NCBI RefSeq assembly: GCF_000143415.4
Contig: NW_003314303.1
Location: 310,460 to 374,459, forward strand
Origin: Selaginella moellendorffii
Lineage: Eukaryota; Plantae; Lycopodiophyta
Direction of reading: 5' to 3'
Length of the DNA stretch: 64,000 nucleotides
The notes beneath the pieces were generated by a model. That model had not been told where the DNA came from, ran no database searches, and saw only the letters and a list, made by a program, of their open reading frames with translations. A program made the position numbers and the translations under genes. The first letter of the stretch is position 1. Each line of letters begins with the position of its first letter. Shown piece after piece: positions 12,346-24,847 of this stretch.

Positions 12346-14699
12346 AGAAAGAATGACTCTCAATCTAAAAATATAAACTTTCAAGACTCAACCAACTTCC
12401 TTCTACCAACAACTTCACATACATTCACTATAATATTAATTCTCATGACCCAATAGTATGATTAAACATCGAACATCATACCCATATATTCAACATTCAA
12501 CATTGACATCTGCAAAATATAAATGAATACCCAAGACTCGATCATGAAGACCATATATTCATATATCTATATTGCATTAACACTTTTTTTTAATCATCTT
12601 CAAGATCCAATATGAAGCCAAAACACTAACAAAAAAAATAACATAAAAAATCAAGGTCTAAGGAAAATTCTTTATCATTCAAAACAACAATGCCACTTTC
12701 ACTAACACAAGTGCTAGTAATGTCAATGCCTTAACTTCACATTTTCACTATCCAATAATCTACTTCAAGTGCTAATGAATAAATCAACAATCCAACCCTT
12801 TTCAAAACCTAATGGGCAAATTTTTAAGGAGCAAGATACCAACTTAAACTTAACATAATGGATTATCATTAAGAACTTAGTCAAACCTACTATGTGCAAG
12901 TACACTAGCTTCACTGTCAACCACTTTTAAGGTTGATCATCATTTGACCAAGTAACTTCGTAAACCCATTACTCACTATCCCATGGATATGATATAAAAA
13001 TCATAACAATTTAATTATCAATCAAAGCAACACCATGAACAAACCCACATTATTACTTTAAAAGTTTATGTGAGTATCAAGCACTAACTTAATTTGACAA
13101 AATGTAACATAAATACCACACTCTACTGATAGAGATTTTTAACACTCAACACCACTAACTTTGTTCACAATATAAACAACCTCATACCACTCTTTTTTTG
13201 ACTAAACTCAAAACTAATCCAACACCAAGTTATTCATGGAGCAATAGCAAGGTTCCCTAAAAAATAATTAAGCATTGTAACCTAATGCTTAATAGCAAGT
13301 CTAGACAAAATGGTTTAGTGCTTCACCATTATCCATCCCATAACTCACCACTTGTAAAATCATCATTATCAACATGCATCAAGATAAGGACTCTTGATTA
13401 CATAATATGAACATAAGCAATGAAATCACACCTCATTGCTAAATCATCTTTTGAAGAAGAAAAGATGATTTACATGTTTGATCCTTAGTCCCTGTAAACT
13501 CTCTTTTTAAACTCAACTTTGACTAAACCTCTAGCTTTATTGGGGGAAGGAGGGGCATCTCCCCAATGCTTGCTCAAACACAAGAAATGCTCCAATGTTT
13601 TTCACAAATACCCCCCACTTTTGCTCTTGTGGGGAAGGGTTTTATACTCTCTCTCACACACTCCTTATGTGGCCACGCCCTAACATGTAACTATGGTGGA
13701 TTACGCTAACTCAAGATGTGTGAGAACGTTCCAAAGAGTGTAGAGTGTACCTATGCTGCTGATGCCAAGTGCTGGTAACTGCGTGAAATAGTAGAAACTT
13801 AGGAAAACAAAGTGGAAAAAGAAAGAAAAGAGGTAGGTGTGAAATTTGAAAATAGGGAGGAAAACCTGGTGGGAAACCATATAGTGAAACTAAACTATGA
13901 TGGAAAAAAAAATGTAGAAAAGTGTGAAAAAAGAAGAAAAATAGAAGAAAAAAAGTGAATACCCAAAGAACTTAACCCATACCAGGATTTTAGCTCAAGA
14001 AAGTGTTCTCAACAACTATGGCAGAGCTCTTTCTTAGAATGCCCAAAAGGCTCAGGCTAAGATAGTCTCCACACCACACTTTCCTCTTGAGCTCACAGAG
14101 ATTTTCCCTGAGTTGGCAGTGGAGTTGACCATTTATGTGATAAATGTTTTTTCATGCAATGTGATCGACATTGTTGGAGGTGAGTTAGATAGCTTGGGAC
14201 ATCTCTCAACCTCACTCTATTTATTTGAGAGTAAGGCTGAACCTCTAGCCACGCCCTCTTTATTTGATGGCAAGGCTTATAGGGTGACCGCTTCCACATT
14301 CTGAGATGTCACACAGCAGCATCTTCCCACTAAAATCACTGTAGTTGATGACTCTGAGTGTATTTTGTCATGCCGTTTTCTGAAGATGAAGGATGACATC
14401 CAGACAATTAACTGGTAGAAAGAATCAAGCCAATCAGACATGCTCAAGTGAGTTATAACTCTTTAGAGTCCCCGGTACAGATCCAAGTGTATTGCATTGA
14501 AGATTCAGCCCTAGACTTGGACTCAACTTCAGTGGAGGATCTTCCCTTATTAGCAGAGTACTTGGCTTCAATCCTCACATTGAACATTGAGTGGTCAAAG
14601 CACTAGAAGCAAAAAGAGCAAGAGACAAAGGCCTTGGATTCAACAGCAACATCCTTGCCCAACTTGCCAAAGACAAGCTTGCTGGATATGGTGTTCCTA

Positions 14700-16255
14700 G
14701 CATCTTTATTTGAAGATGAGGACACTCTTATGGTTACAACCCATTATGAGAGTGAGAAGAAGTATGTGGATGTGGAAAATGAAGCAATGGCTGTTGTTCA
14801 TACTTTGGAGCAATTTTGTCACTTTCTCGCTAGAGCTTGTATTCATTTCCATGTTTGTTTTAACATGCTGACCTTTCTTTCACAGTGATTGGTTCACAAT
14901 CCTCATACTTTATCTTGGATTGTGACCATCCAAGAGTTCCAGCCAACTTTTCACATGTGGTGGAAGCGTGTGATGGATCCGAGTTCTTGGTTGCTAAAGC
15001 TACTGTGATCCCAGCAGCATTATAGGACATTGCAGTGTACTTGGATTCAGGCAAGTTCCCAATAGATTCCTCACCAGTGCAACAAAAGGCATTGGAGATC
15101 CAAGCATGGGGGTTTTGCCTTCTTGACAAACACCTTTATAGGAGGACTTCTCAAGACATTTTATTATTGTGTGTGGGTGAACATGAGGTCCCTGAGCTCC
15201 TTCGTGCTTTCACTCTTGTGTGGGGCATTTCTCGGGATGGGTCACAGCACAGCTCCTCTTACACCATAGCTACTTTTAGCCTCAGATTCACCAGGACAGC
15301 TCGGACTATGCAAAGGCATGTGGGCAGTGCCAATGGTTCAACCCCCAAAACCATGTTCCACGTCTTCCTTTCTAGCTTGTCACTTCTCTGGGTCCCTTTT
15401 TTTAGTGGGGACTTGACTTTGTTGGCCTGATCAACCCACCGAGCTCAAAAGGACATTGATACATCATTGTGGCGACAGACTATTTCACGAAATGGGTTGA
15501 GACCATCCCTCTATGATAGGCAGATCAATAGTCTATAGTGAAGTTTGTCTACGAGTACAACGTTTGCCAGTTTGGAGTTCCTGTAGTTTTGATTTCCGAT
15601 TGTGGCAGCAACTTCCTTGGACAAGTGATGCAACATCTTCTCCAGCAGCTACAGGTCAAGCACATGAAGAGCAGTAGCTACTATCCTGAGTGCAATGGCC
15701 AAATAGAGTCTAGCAACAAGATATTGAAGACAATCATCTCAAAGCTTATGGAGGATCACCCAAGGCATTGGTACGAACACTTGGTTATGGTGTTGTGGGC
15801 CTTTGGACATCCTTCAAGACATCCATCTGCAACCCCATTCTCTCTTGTCTATGGGATAGAGGCCGTGCTTCCAATGGAGATCCAGGTGCTATCACTCTCA
15901 CTTTCGCTTCGATATGCAACAGCAATGCAGCTTAGTGATGAGGACAAGCTTCATGTACATGACTTGGAGGTTCTTGCCTTGGAAGAACAGTGACAAGCTA
16001 TGATTGAACATCTCCTTTGAGGCAAGCAGAAAATCAAATCAGTCATTGATCACTAGTGGTTTGCTGAACCATTCAAGGATGGCAATTTTGTTCTTCTCAA
16101 GGAGTTCACGCCACCTTTGAAGTTCTCTCTTTGCTGGACCGGCCTCTACTTTGTTTAGCAACACATTGGAGGTGGAGCATACATGCTAGTAGGTGTTGAT
16201 GGATGTGAACTCCCACATGCTCACAACCACTCTCACATCAAACACTTCATCTAGT
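14700..16255 (+). pseudogene. Degenerate Ty3/gypsy (Athila/Tat-like) RNase H and integrase
   Basis: YVDVENEAMAVV (RNase H), WGLDFVG...IVATDYFTKWVE, FGVPVVLISDCGSNF, SSYYPECNGQIESSNK and TPFSLVYGIEAVLP. Many stops. Confidence 0.88.
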
Positions 16256-16599
16256 GAGGCATTCCTCTTTTCTTCTTTTTCGTTTACTTCCTTTCTTTCA
16301 CTTTACTTTCATAGCTTCTTTTCTTACTTTTAGAGGGTTTTTCTCCACTAGACCATGGCTCTTGCCTTGGATTTTATGCTCAGGCAATCCATGGAGCATA
16401 CTTGAAGTCATCACAAGGCTACATTTGCATATTTTTTCCCCAACCCTGAAGGCCATTCTGAAAGTGTAGAAAAGAAGTTAAGACCATACAAAAAATGATT
16501 GGAGAATGGCCTAAATCATAACATACCAAATAGCATGAGGCCACATGCCATTATTCAAACATGCTATTGACACCCACGTGAAATTTCACATTCACAAAA

Positions 16600-16827
16600 T
16601 TGGCATGAGCCCTCATGCCATTAGTGGTACCACTAATGCCATGAGACCTCATGCTATCTTTGGCCCCTGCTAGCCTGTTGCTATATTCCTTTTGCCTTGT
16701 TGCAACTATATATATTTTTGTGTGTGTGACTAGTCACCCATACAAAAATATATACAGTTGCAGCAAGGCAAAATGAATATGGCAATAGGCTAGCAAGGGC
16801 CAAAGATGGCATGAGGCCTCATGCCAT
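16600..16827. repeat. Nested loop-less inverted repeats (58 bp centred on GGTACC; 192 bp centred on ACTAGT)
   Basis: 16600-16657 is symmetric about 16628/16629, and 16636-16827 is symmetric about 16731/16732. The outer ends of the arms are the 22-bp motif. Confidence 0.92.
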
Positions 16828-17017
16828 CTTGATATACACACAGCTGCAGGCAAGTAAAAACATACATGACAATACGCTAGCCATGAAATTGCAAGGGCCC
16901 AAGATGGCATGTGGCCTCATGCCATTTCTAAATGTGGTCCTAAGCCATTCCATGGTGAACATACCAGGAAGCACAAGTGCCGAATATCAAGAGGAAGCGG
17001 TAGCCACACCAAAGACA

Positions 17018-17150
17018 GTGCCGCTCGCAACACTGCAACTACTCATAGTGCCGCTCGCAACACCGCAACTGCTCGTAGTGCCGCTCGCACAAACTGCCAC
17101 TCGCATAAACTGCCGCTCGCAATGGCGCTCACAATGCCGCAACCGCTTGT
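17018..17150. repeat. 30-bp tandem repeat (GTGCCGCTCGCAACACYGCAACT...) that decays rightwards
   Basis: Units start at 17018, 17048 and 17078. Confidence 0.85.
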
Positions 17151-17946
17151 AGACGCATAAACCACAGCTCACAACGCCGCTTACACAAGCAACGCTCACT
17201 GCGCTCAGCGGAACCAAGAACACGGCGCACAAAAATGATAGACCTAGGAATGAGTTTGAGAATTCAAAAATAACACACGCTTGAATGTCACATCAAATCC
17301 TCTGACAAACCAGATCTTATGATTCCTTTGACAAATTTCAAACTGAGTAGCTTCTAGACTTTGCTGTCGGAGGTTGAACTTTGTCACATCATGTCCTTGC
17401 CTCGATCCAGCTGTGCCATGTCAGTGATTCGAACTTTGCTATGCCGTGTCAGCGATCCACGCCAAGATTATTCGCCGTGTAAAGGAATAATTATGCTGTG
17501 TGTGTACGTCCATTTATGGCAATATAAGGCCACACGCCATTCAAAGAATAATGCTAGTCGAGCATTTTTTGGTGCATTTTTGGGTTCAAAATTGCATGAG
17601 CCCACACGCTATAAAGTTTACCTGTACCAAAAATAGAAACAGCTTTATTTACTTGGGAATTTAAGTGGTTGAGGCATTTTTAAACTTACAAACACATGCC
17701 CTACTTACATTCCTTTGGTTGCTTAAAATTCAAAAATATATAAACCTTTCTTTTTGCATTTTCAATGTTTTCAATTATGGTTTTTGATTTTTGCAAGACC
17801 AGCCTAGTAATCTATTTGCATCCCGTCATGTTTATAGCTAGCTTTCATTTGTCCCCTTTGCTAGCCTGAGATACATCTGCTCGGCATCTGCCTCTTACAG
17901 CATTTGCCCAGAAAGGGCATCTTTCTTCACGCAGCATTTGCCACAT

Positions 17947-17966
17947 GTTTAGGGTTTAGGGTTTAG
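17947..17966 (+). repeat. Short interstitial plant telomeric repeat
   Basis: GTTTAGGGTTTAGGGTTTAG. Confidence 0.75.
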
Positions 17967-18679
17967 CAATTCAGTAGCTTGATAAACATGCAAATATAGA
18001 ACTTGATGCAAAATCCTTTGATATGTCACAATGCCCCTAGGACCATAAACACATTTCAATAGAGAGGGTCCTTTCATTTCATAACTCCTTACGTAGATCT
18101 TGGTGAAACCAGAGTTAGTGAAGTTGGTTTCTTGTGATCCCGCATCTGATTGTGATGTCCCTTTGCAGTGTCGATGGAAAGGTCAATGCACACCAAACTG
18201 TAGAATCTTGGAGCAAAATAACAGCCGGATCTATGGCAAATGCCCCTGAAACATTGTAAGGCTCGTGTGGTCTCATGTGGTGTCCGATCGAGATGCTTCT
18301 TTGCAGGGTCATCAAGAAGGACATTGTATACCATTCTGTAAAATCTAGTTACGATCTAACGGTTGGATCTCCAGGAAACTCAAAACAATCTCGCGCGTGT
18401 CAGAATATTCTAGGAATATACTCCTATGTGCTCCTGAAAATGGCATGCGGCCCCACGCCATTCAAGAGATAACGCCAGATGATGCCGAGCATTTTTTGGT
18501 GCATTTTTTGGGATCAAAATTGCATGAGCCCACACGCTTGAACGTCACATCAAATCCTCTGACAATTTATTTAGCTGAACATCTGGCATTTTTGGAAATA
18601 CAAGATGCTTTGGAATATCCAATCATGCATGGTATAAATATAGTGAGGGTATTAAATGATATCCCAATCATGATCTTTC

Positions 18680-19224
18680 TTTTGGATTTCGCGTGCATGC
18701 AGTCCGAGGAATGATGACGTTGCGGATTTCTTTTGGATTTCACGCATGCGCGCGGCGATCCAGAAATTAATGGTGGCGCCCAAGTCCGAGGAATGATGAC
18801 GTGGCGGGATTACCAACCATCGTGACATTTCGCGCGTGTGAGGTTAGGTTTTGCATTTTGCTTCGTACTCATGCTCGCACACTCGCGCTCGCATTGCGCT
18901 CACACACTCGCGCTCGCATCGCGCTCCCACTTGCGCTCCCACTTCTCTACAGGTTTCTCGTGTGCATCGGCGTCCACTCGCACTTGCATCACACTCGCGC
19001 TCGCATCGCGCTCATGTGCATCGGCGTCCACTTCAAGACACACCCAGTTTGTAACTTCGCCGCCAACTCCGCCGCCCACTCCACGCAGCCCACTTGGCGT
19101 CCCGGGAGATTTCAGCGCCACTCTCCAACTGTAAGTGGCAGAGTAGCCTTGCTGCTACGATCCGCTGCACACATAGTGCACATTCGCTAGCGAGTCCGGT
19201 TGTCACGCCTCCATTCGGCTTCAA
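18680..19224 (+). promoter_or_regulatory. CpG-rich putative promoter and 5' UTR of the large gene
   Basis: Duplicated AGTCCGAGGAATGATGACGT (18701, 18783) containing the TGACGT bZIP-type core. Repeated CACACTCGCGCTCGCATCGCGCTC units lie upstream of ATG 19225. Confidence 0.5.
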
Positions 19225-22200
19225 ATGGTAAGTCTTTTAGGCCAAGTAGAAAATGGCATGAGGCCACATGCCATTCAGTAGCAACATTGGCATGCACCGA
19301 TTGGGCTCTCGAGTGCAGTCCGGTTACAGATGGCGTGTAGCCTCACGCCATCTTAGGATGCAGCCTCAAGACATCTGATGCAGTGGTGAATGGCGTGTGG
19401 CCTCACGTTATTTCCAGCTACTAGCTTTTCATTTGTCAGCTCTAATTATTGTGCATTTCTGAACAGGCGAGGAATTGCGTTCTTCTTCCAGCCACTGTCA
19501 ATGTGGATGCAGAGAAGGGGGAGGAGCTCACCAGTTGGACTTTCGGGATGGAAGGCGAGGATCTGAGGCTGTACAACACAGATGGTGGGAGAAAAGAATG
19601 CATGGGGATCCTCATCCAAGTGACAGACACTCCATGCAGTTCCATGCAAGAATATGGACTGGCACTTGTGGTAGAGACAGTGTCTGCCTTCAAGATCCAC
19701 CTTGCACATCCTACCGGCTTCCCGGAGGGGGGCAGCGGCTATGAGGAATTCCTAGAGGGAGCTAGGGAGAGGTTGTCTAGGAGGCCCACAATTTCAAAGA
19801 CGCTGCGGGTCTATGAAGATTACATGGAATCCATGGACCTCACCTGCGGTGATGTTCAAAAACTATATTCCAACATTGAGCCGTTGAGAGTGCCTCCAGT
19901 TCGCAAAGCGAAGGGGAAGGGGGTCGATCTGGAAACTACCCCGAAGTAGAAAAGGGTGGTCAAGCTCAAGCCGACGTCCGACTCTCCTCCAAAAAAGAAG
20001 CTACTCGGTGATGCCATTGCCTCGGGTTCGAACACTACCAACACCAAAAAGAAGAGCCGCAAAAAGTAGAAAGAGCAAGAAGAGGCAGCAAAAATCATCG
20101 CAGATAATAGTACTTGTTTCTATTCCAACAAAGTATATACAATCGACGTGAGCCATATCGACATCCAAAGCAAATACAACCACAGGCTAGTATCTGATGA
20201 GTGGGTGGAGAAACTGAGCAGAAGATGCTGGCAAGTCCAGTAACACCCGACATCGCAGACGTGATCCCCTACTACCGAACAATGAAGGGCAAGACGAGGT
20301 TTCCAGACTTGATCAATAGGAAGGTGTTGGACGATCAGAACATCCGGTTCTATGCCGTCTCCGGGCAGCATTCTAGCTTGGCGATACAAGAGATAGTTGT
20401 GGATATTATGGTGGGCGAGGAGGTGAAGAAAGTCTTCAAGACAAGAGTTGTCCGCCTGATAAAAGGCAACTCGCCCCTCCGATCTATCATATACATCTCC
20501 CACACGCAGAATGTCAAGCAAGAAACGTGCTACAAATCGGGTCTGCACGAGACATTGGCACGAACACGGAAGCTCTGGGTTCAACTGAAGAAGCCACAAA
20601 AACCAGGACAAGGACGTGCACTAGCAACTAGCACCTGGCAGGTAAGCCTCGTTGCATGTGGCATAGCATGTGGCCTCACGCCATTTCCATTGCAGGAATT
20701 CTCGAGTCTTCTCTCGAAAACACTAGGGGTCAATGACACACTCAGCATCCATAACATTCTACTCGCGACAATAGTTATTTTTGACAAATGGGTAGATGTG
20801 CTGAGGAGGTACCATGATGGGGAGTTGCCAAACTCAATGGGTGTGGAGGACGGCCAGAAGCCCAATGATTTGAAGCTCAACGCCTTGCGTTTCTCGCGGT
20901 CTCTAGACGACGACGACCTTCTGACAATGGCTAATGCTCTTCTACGTGGTGAAGTAGTCTTCAACAAGACCAAAATGACTCCCGGCCATATTGTGACATA
21001 TGAGGACTTGTGCACGACTCTGAGAGCTCGTGCGCTATTGAAGGATTAGATCTTCGAGCAAGTGGCCGTGGAGAGGGTGAGCATTGACACCACGCAAGAG
21101 ATGATGGAAGCGCTGGATTTGTCAAATGAAGACATCGACGAGTACGTGAAGGGGGCCCCCAAGTTCATCGATCTACTGCGGGATGCCACGAAAAGTAAAG
21201 CTGAGAAGTTGGATCAGTATCCAAATTTCATTAAGAGTGATGTCGACTGCCGGCTTCAGAAACAGCTCGACCCCGCAGCAGAGGCCTATCGAGAACCTTA
21301 CCGGGTATACTTGAATTCGGATGAGGATCAAAGGTGGAGGAGCATCGTTTCCCGCGGAGATGAGTAGGTCAAGAACATCTTTTGTGTGATGGACTTCACA
21401 AACGAGGAGATCACTCATGCAGACAAAGTCAGCTCCATCATTAACTTAATGGTGGGACTTGCGGAGGTGGAATCTTCAGTCCACTATATGATCTATGACT
21501 CCGAATCCTATCACAAGTTCTGGAAGGCCTTGAACGAGGTGAAGGCTCGGTTGAAAGGCAAGGAGATGCGGGAGATCCATGGGATAATGGCTAAGAAGAA
21601 GATACCGACGAATGTCCGCATCTTCACACTCACCCTTGTTATTGGTCCTGCAGCAGAGTGGGACTGGAGTGACTTCCCAGCTTCGTTCGATAAGGCCAAT
21701 CGAATTGATCTGAGGGAGGTCAATTTACCCGTGCCTGAGGAACTGAAGACGGCTATGGAGCTTTCGAATCCAAAGAAAGCTCCAGGTGCAGCATGGGAAA
21801 TGCTCAGCTGGGTCTTCAACGCAATAGCGGGTGGGTCACCTACTTCCGACTCCAAGGGCAAATGCGTTGTCGAGTACAACTGCGGCGGACTATTTTTTCG
21901 AGCCGCACTACTCAAGGGTGTCCCGTGTGTTGCGGTGACAAACTCCATTGAAGAGGTGACTTCAATGGAGCATATAATTACAGTTGCCAAAGAAAAACAG
22001 TATCTTCTCTGCGAACCTGGTGAGTACGCACTTTAAGTTTAAATGTTATCTCACAAGCTCTGTATGCAGGAGCGTGGCCACCCCCAGATGCTGAAACGGC
22101 GTTAACAGCTACTGTTGAAGATACCCATGTTGGGCCGAGCTCACAACCTGCACAAGGTAAGGTCACGTGAGGCCTCACGCCATTTTGATTATAGATCGTT

Positions 22201-24847
22201 GTGAATATTCAGACACAAGGACTGAAAAGCACACTGGTGGCGCGTCGAAGAAGGACAAACAGACAAGCAATAGGAAAAAAGGAGGTACAAATTATATTTG
22301 CAATGGCATGTGGTCTCATGCCATTCCTTGCAGGAGACACTTCTTCAAAGGCAAAACAGGCAAGCACCAGCCAAGCTCAAACTGACAGTGGTCATAAAAA
22401 GCAAAAGCACGTTGGACAGTCGTCGGGATCAGAGGCGTTTGATTCGAAAAGGAAGAAGGGCAACGAAAAGATGATAGGTAATGCCTCGCGGTTATGGCGT
22501 GTGTGCTCATGCCATTCATTGCAGATCAAGGGCTGAGTGAAAGCAGGCAGTCACCACCTCCTGACTCAGATTCCTATGGCAGACTCCCCTTCTCCAATCT
22601 CAATGGAGAGGTACAATGGATGAGGGATGCTTTTCAAGTCAGGGCCACGTTTTTCTCATCTCGTCGTCTTCGAAGGGTGCAAGAACGTGCAGAAACCATG
22701 TTAAGACAGTCGGGTGAGGATACGGTCCTAGGTCACGCACTAAAACAGGCTATGGATGTCTTGTATTTTGAGATGGAGACTCGGCCAGATGATTTTCCCA
22801 AGATGGTCCTGGAAGAACAAGCCATCCAGCCTGAGCAGCCTATGGAAGAAATGCAGGAGGGGGATGAGGAGCCAGAGAAAGATAATGAGCAGGAAGAGCA
22901 GAAGGATAAAGAGGAGGACAAAGAAGAGGAGGACGAAGAAGAGGAGGACGAAGAGGACTTGGATGGTCCTCACAATGGTGACGATCACAATAACGATGAC
23001 GACGATGATGATGACGATGGCCAGCCTAAGGTGGCCAAAGAGCAGCGGAGGAAGGTCATACAAGACAAACCATCAGGTAAATAATAGTACATCCATTCCT
23101 AACCTTTTACCATTTCTAACATTGTCCATGTAGGTCGTAGAGCAAATGGTAAGTAGAGATTATTCAGTTGAATTAAGATACAAACTCTAGCCTTTAGTAT
23201 CGAGGAAGGATAGTGCCAAGCAAGGGTCGAAACGTATGTCCAATCCTTCAGAATCAGCAGTGTGCCCAAGTGATATCGGTCCTAGTTCCTCAATAGCAGT
23301 TGATGGTAAATACAGTATAGTCGATTCAATGTGCTAATGAGTTTGTTTTTAGTAGCACGGGAGGATACCATCTCAATCGAAGGGAGATATTTGGACATGC
23401 ATATGGATCCGCCAGTGGACTCTACTTGCCTGCAAGAGTCATCAGAGCTGGTGGAGGCTACTATCCATATCAACGCCAAGCAAGCTGACCACGCTCCACT
23501 TGATGCTGCCCATACCACTGAGTCAATCTTGTCCACGTATCCAACTGACGGTGACCAGGCGCCATTGGACCCGCATGAGGCCGCCCCAGCCGCCGAGCCG
23601 GTCGTATCCTCATTTCCAACGGACTCAACGTGTGCCCAATCGTCTGACTACGCGCCGTTGGAACCTCCCTACACCGCCCCTGCTGCCTGTTCGGTCATGT
23701 CCACTTTGCCAACGGAGGCACCAGCTGAAATGGCGTGTGATCACACGCCATCGGAACCACCCCATGCCACTGTTGAGCCAGTTGTACCAGAGTCTACAGC
23801 TGAAATGGCATGTGCCCACATGCCATCGGATGCAATTGACCCCACATTGCAGAGGAGAGTATTTCTGCCCTTCACGTTTCCTCGACCAAAACCCTCTCAA
23901 CGACCATCGGGAGCACCATTCACTAATATTGTAGATGGTAAAATTGACTTGTACCATTTTTTATGCTGACGCATTTCATTTCAGAGTCACGGCGAAGGTA
24001 CTGTATCATTTTTGATCTGAACGGTGTCCTTTTCTCCCATGAGCGTGGCTCGTCCTCGAATGTCATTGCACCCTCCAAAGCCTACGGTCGCAAGTTGGTC
24101 AAAAGAGACAGATTCACATTAATCACACGGGAGAAACTGCGGGATCTAATAATGACCATGTGACACTTAAAACAGAGGGCCGGGTTCAATTTGCAATTGG
24201 GATTTTGGACATCCATGATACGCCACAATGCATTAACGTTGCTACAGATGATGCACGATCAGACGCGAGTAATATTACCATTTGACTTTCTCCTAACGCA
24301 GGAGGATTGCTTGACTATGGTCCATGTGAGGGGTAGCAAGCCCATCTTCGTCAAGCCAGAGGCTGTAGTGATGAACCGGACTGCTAGCTCAAGTGAAATC
24401 CTCATCATCGATGACTCGCCGATTAAAACTGCAGCGAACATGCACACATATGCAGTGCACCCCATCTCTTGCAGTATGGAAACTAGGGAGAAGAAACCGT
24501 ATGTTCTGGGGGACCTTGCAAAATAGCTTGGAGCGATGGTGATAGAGAACCGGCCAGTCCAGGAGGTGGCTGCAGAAATCAACCAAATGGCAGATGGAAC
24601 GGTATATCAGAAGCCATTTGATCGGACAGACACCAGTCATCATTTATGGCATGTATATTGTCTAGCCAAGCACTATCCGCATCTCCATAATCTGCTCAAC
24701 CGGATGGGTTCTTCGACCACTGAACATGAGCGTGGACGTATTAGAGAAGAGATGGCATTACTATTGGGTTTAAATCCTGATAGTGTGGAGAGTGATGAAA
24801 TTCCAAGATTATTGTATAGGCGTTGGAGGCAAAAAATAACAGTCTGA
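19225..24847 (+). pseudogene. Multi-exon gene for a large multidomain protein: ParB/Srx-like, degenerate N4/N6 DNA methyltransferase-like, acidic/low-complexity and C-terminal FCP1/NIF-like HAD phosphatase regions
   Basis: ATG|GTAAGT at 19225-19228. GT-AG introns at 19228-19466, 20642-20695, 22020-22069, 22157-22212, 22285-22333, 22478-22524, 23077-23133, two more to ~23352, and 23938-23985. Motifs: IDVSHIDI..NHRLVSDEWVEKL...FYAVSGQHSSLA; KK...LSWVF...CVVEYNCGG..RAALLKGVPCVAV; IIFDLNGVL...GFWTSM...LIIDDSPIK. In-frame stops at 19947, 20067, 21047, 21365, 24161 and 24524, and a 1-nt frameshift near 20215. Confidence 0.72.

Noticed and set aside
18801-19190. ORFs rich in Arg, His and Ala upstream of the large gene
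   Set aside because: They are explained by CG-rich short repeats, and a better start with a splice donor exists at 19225.
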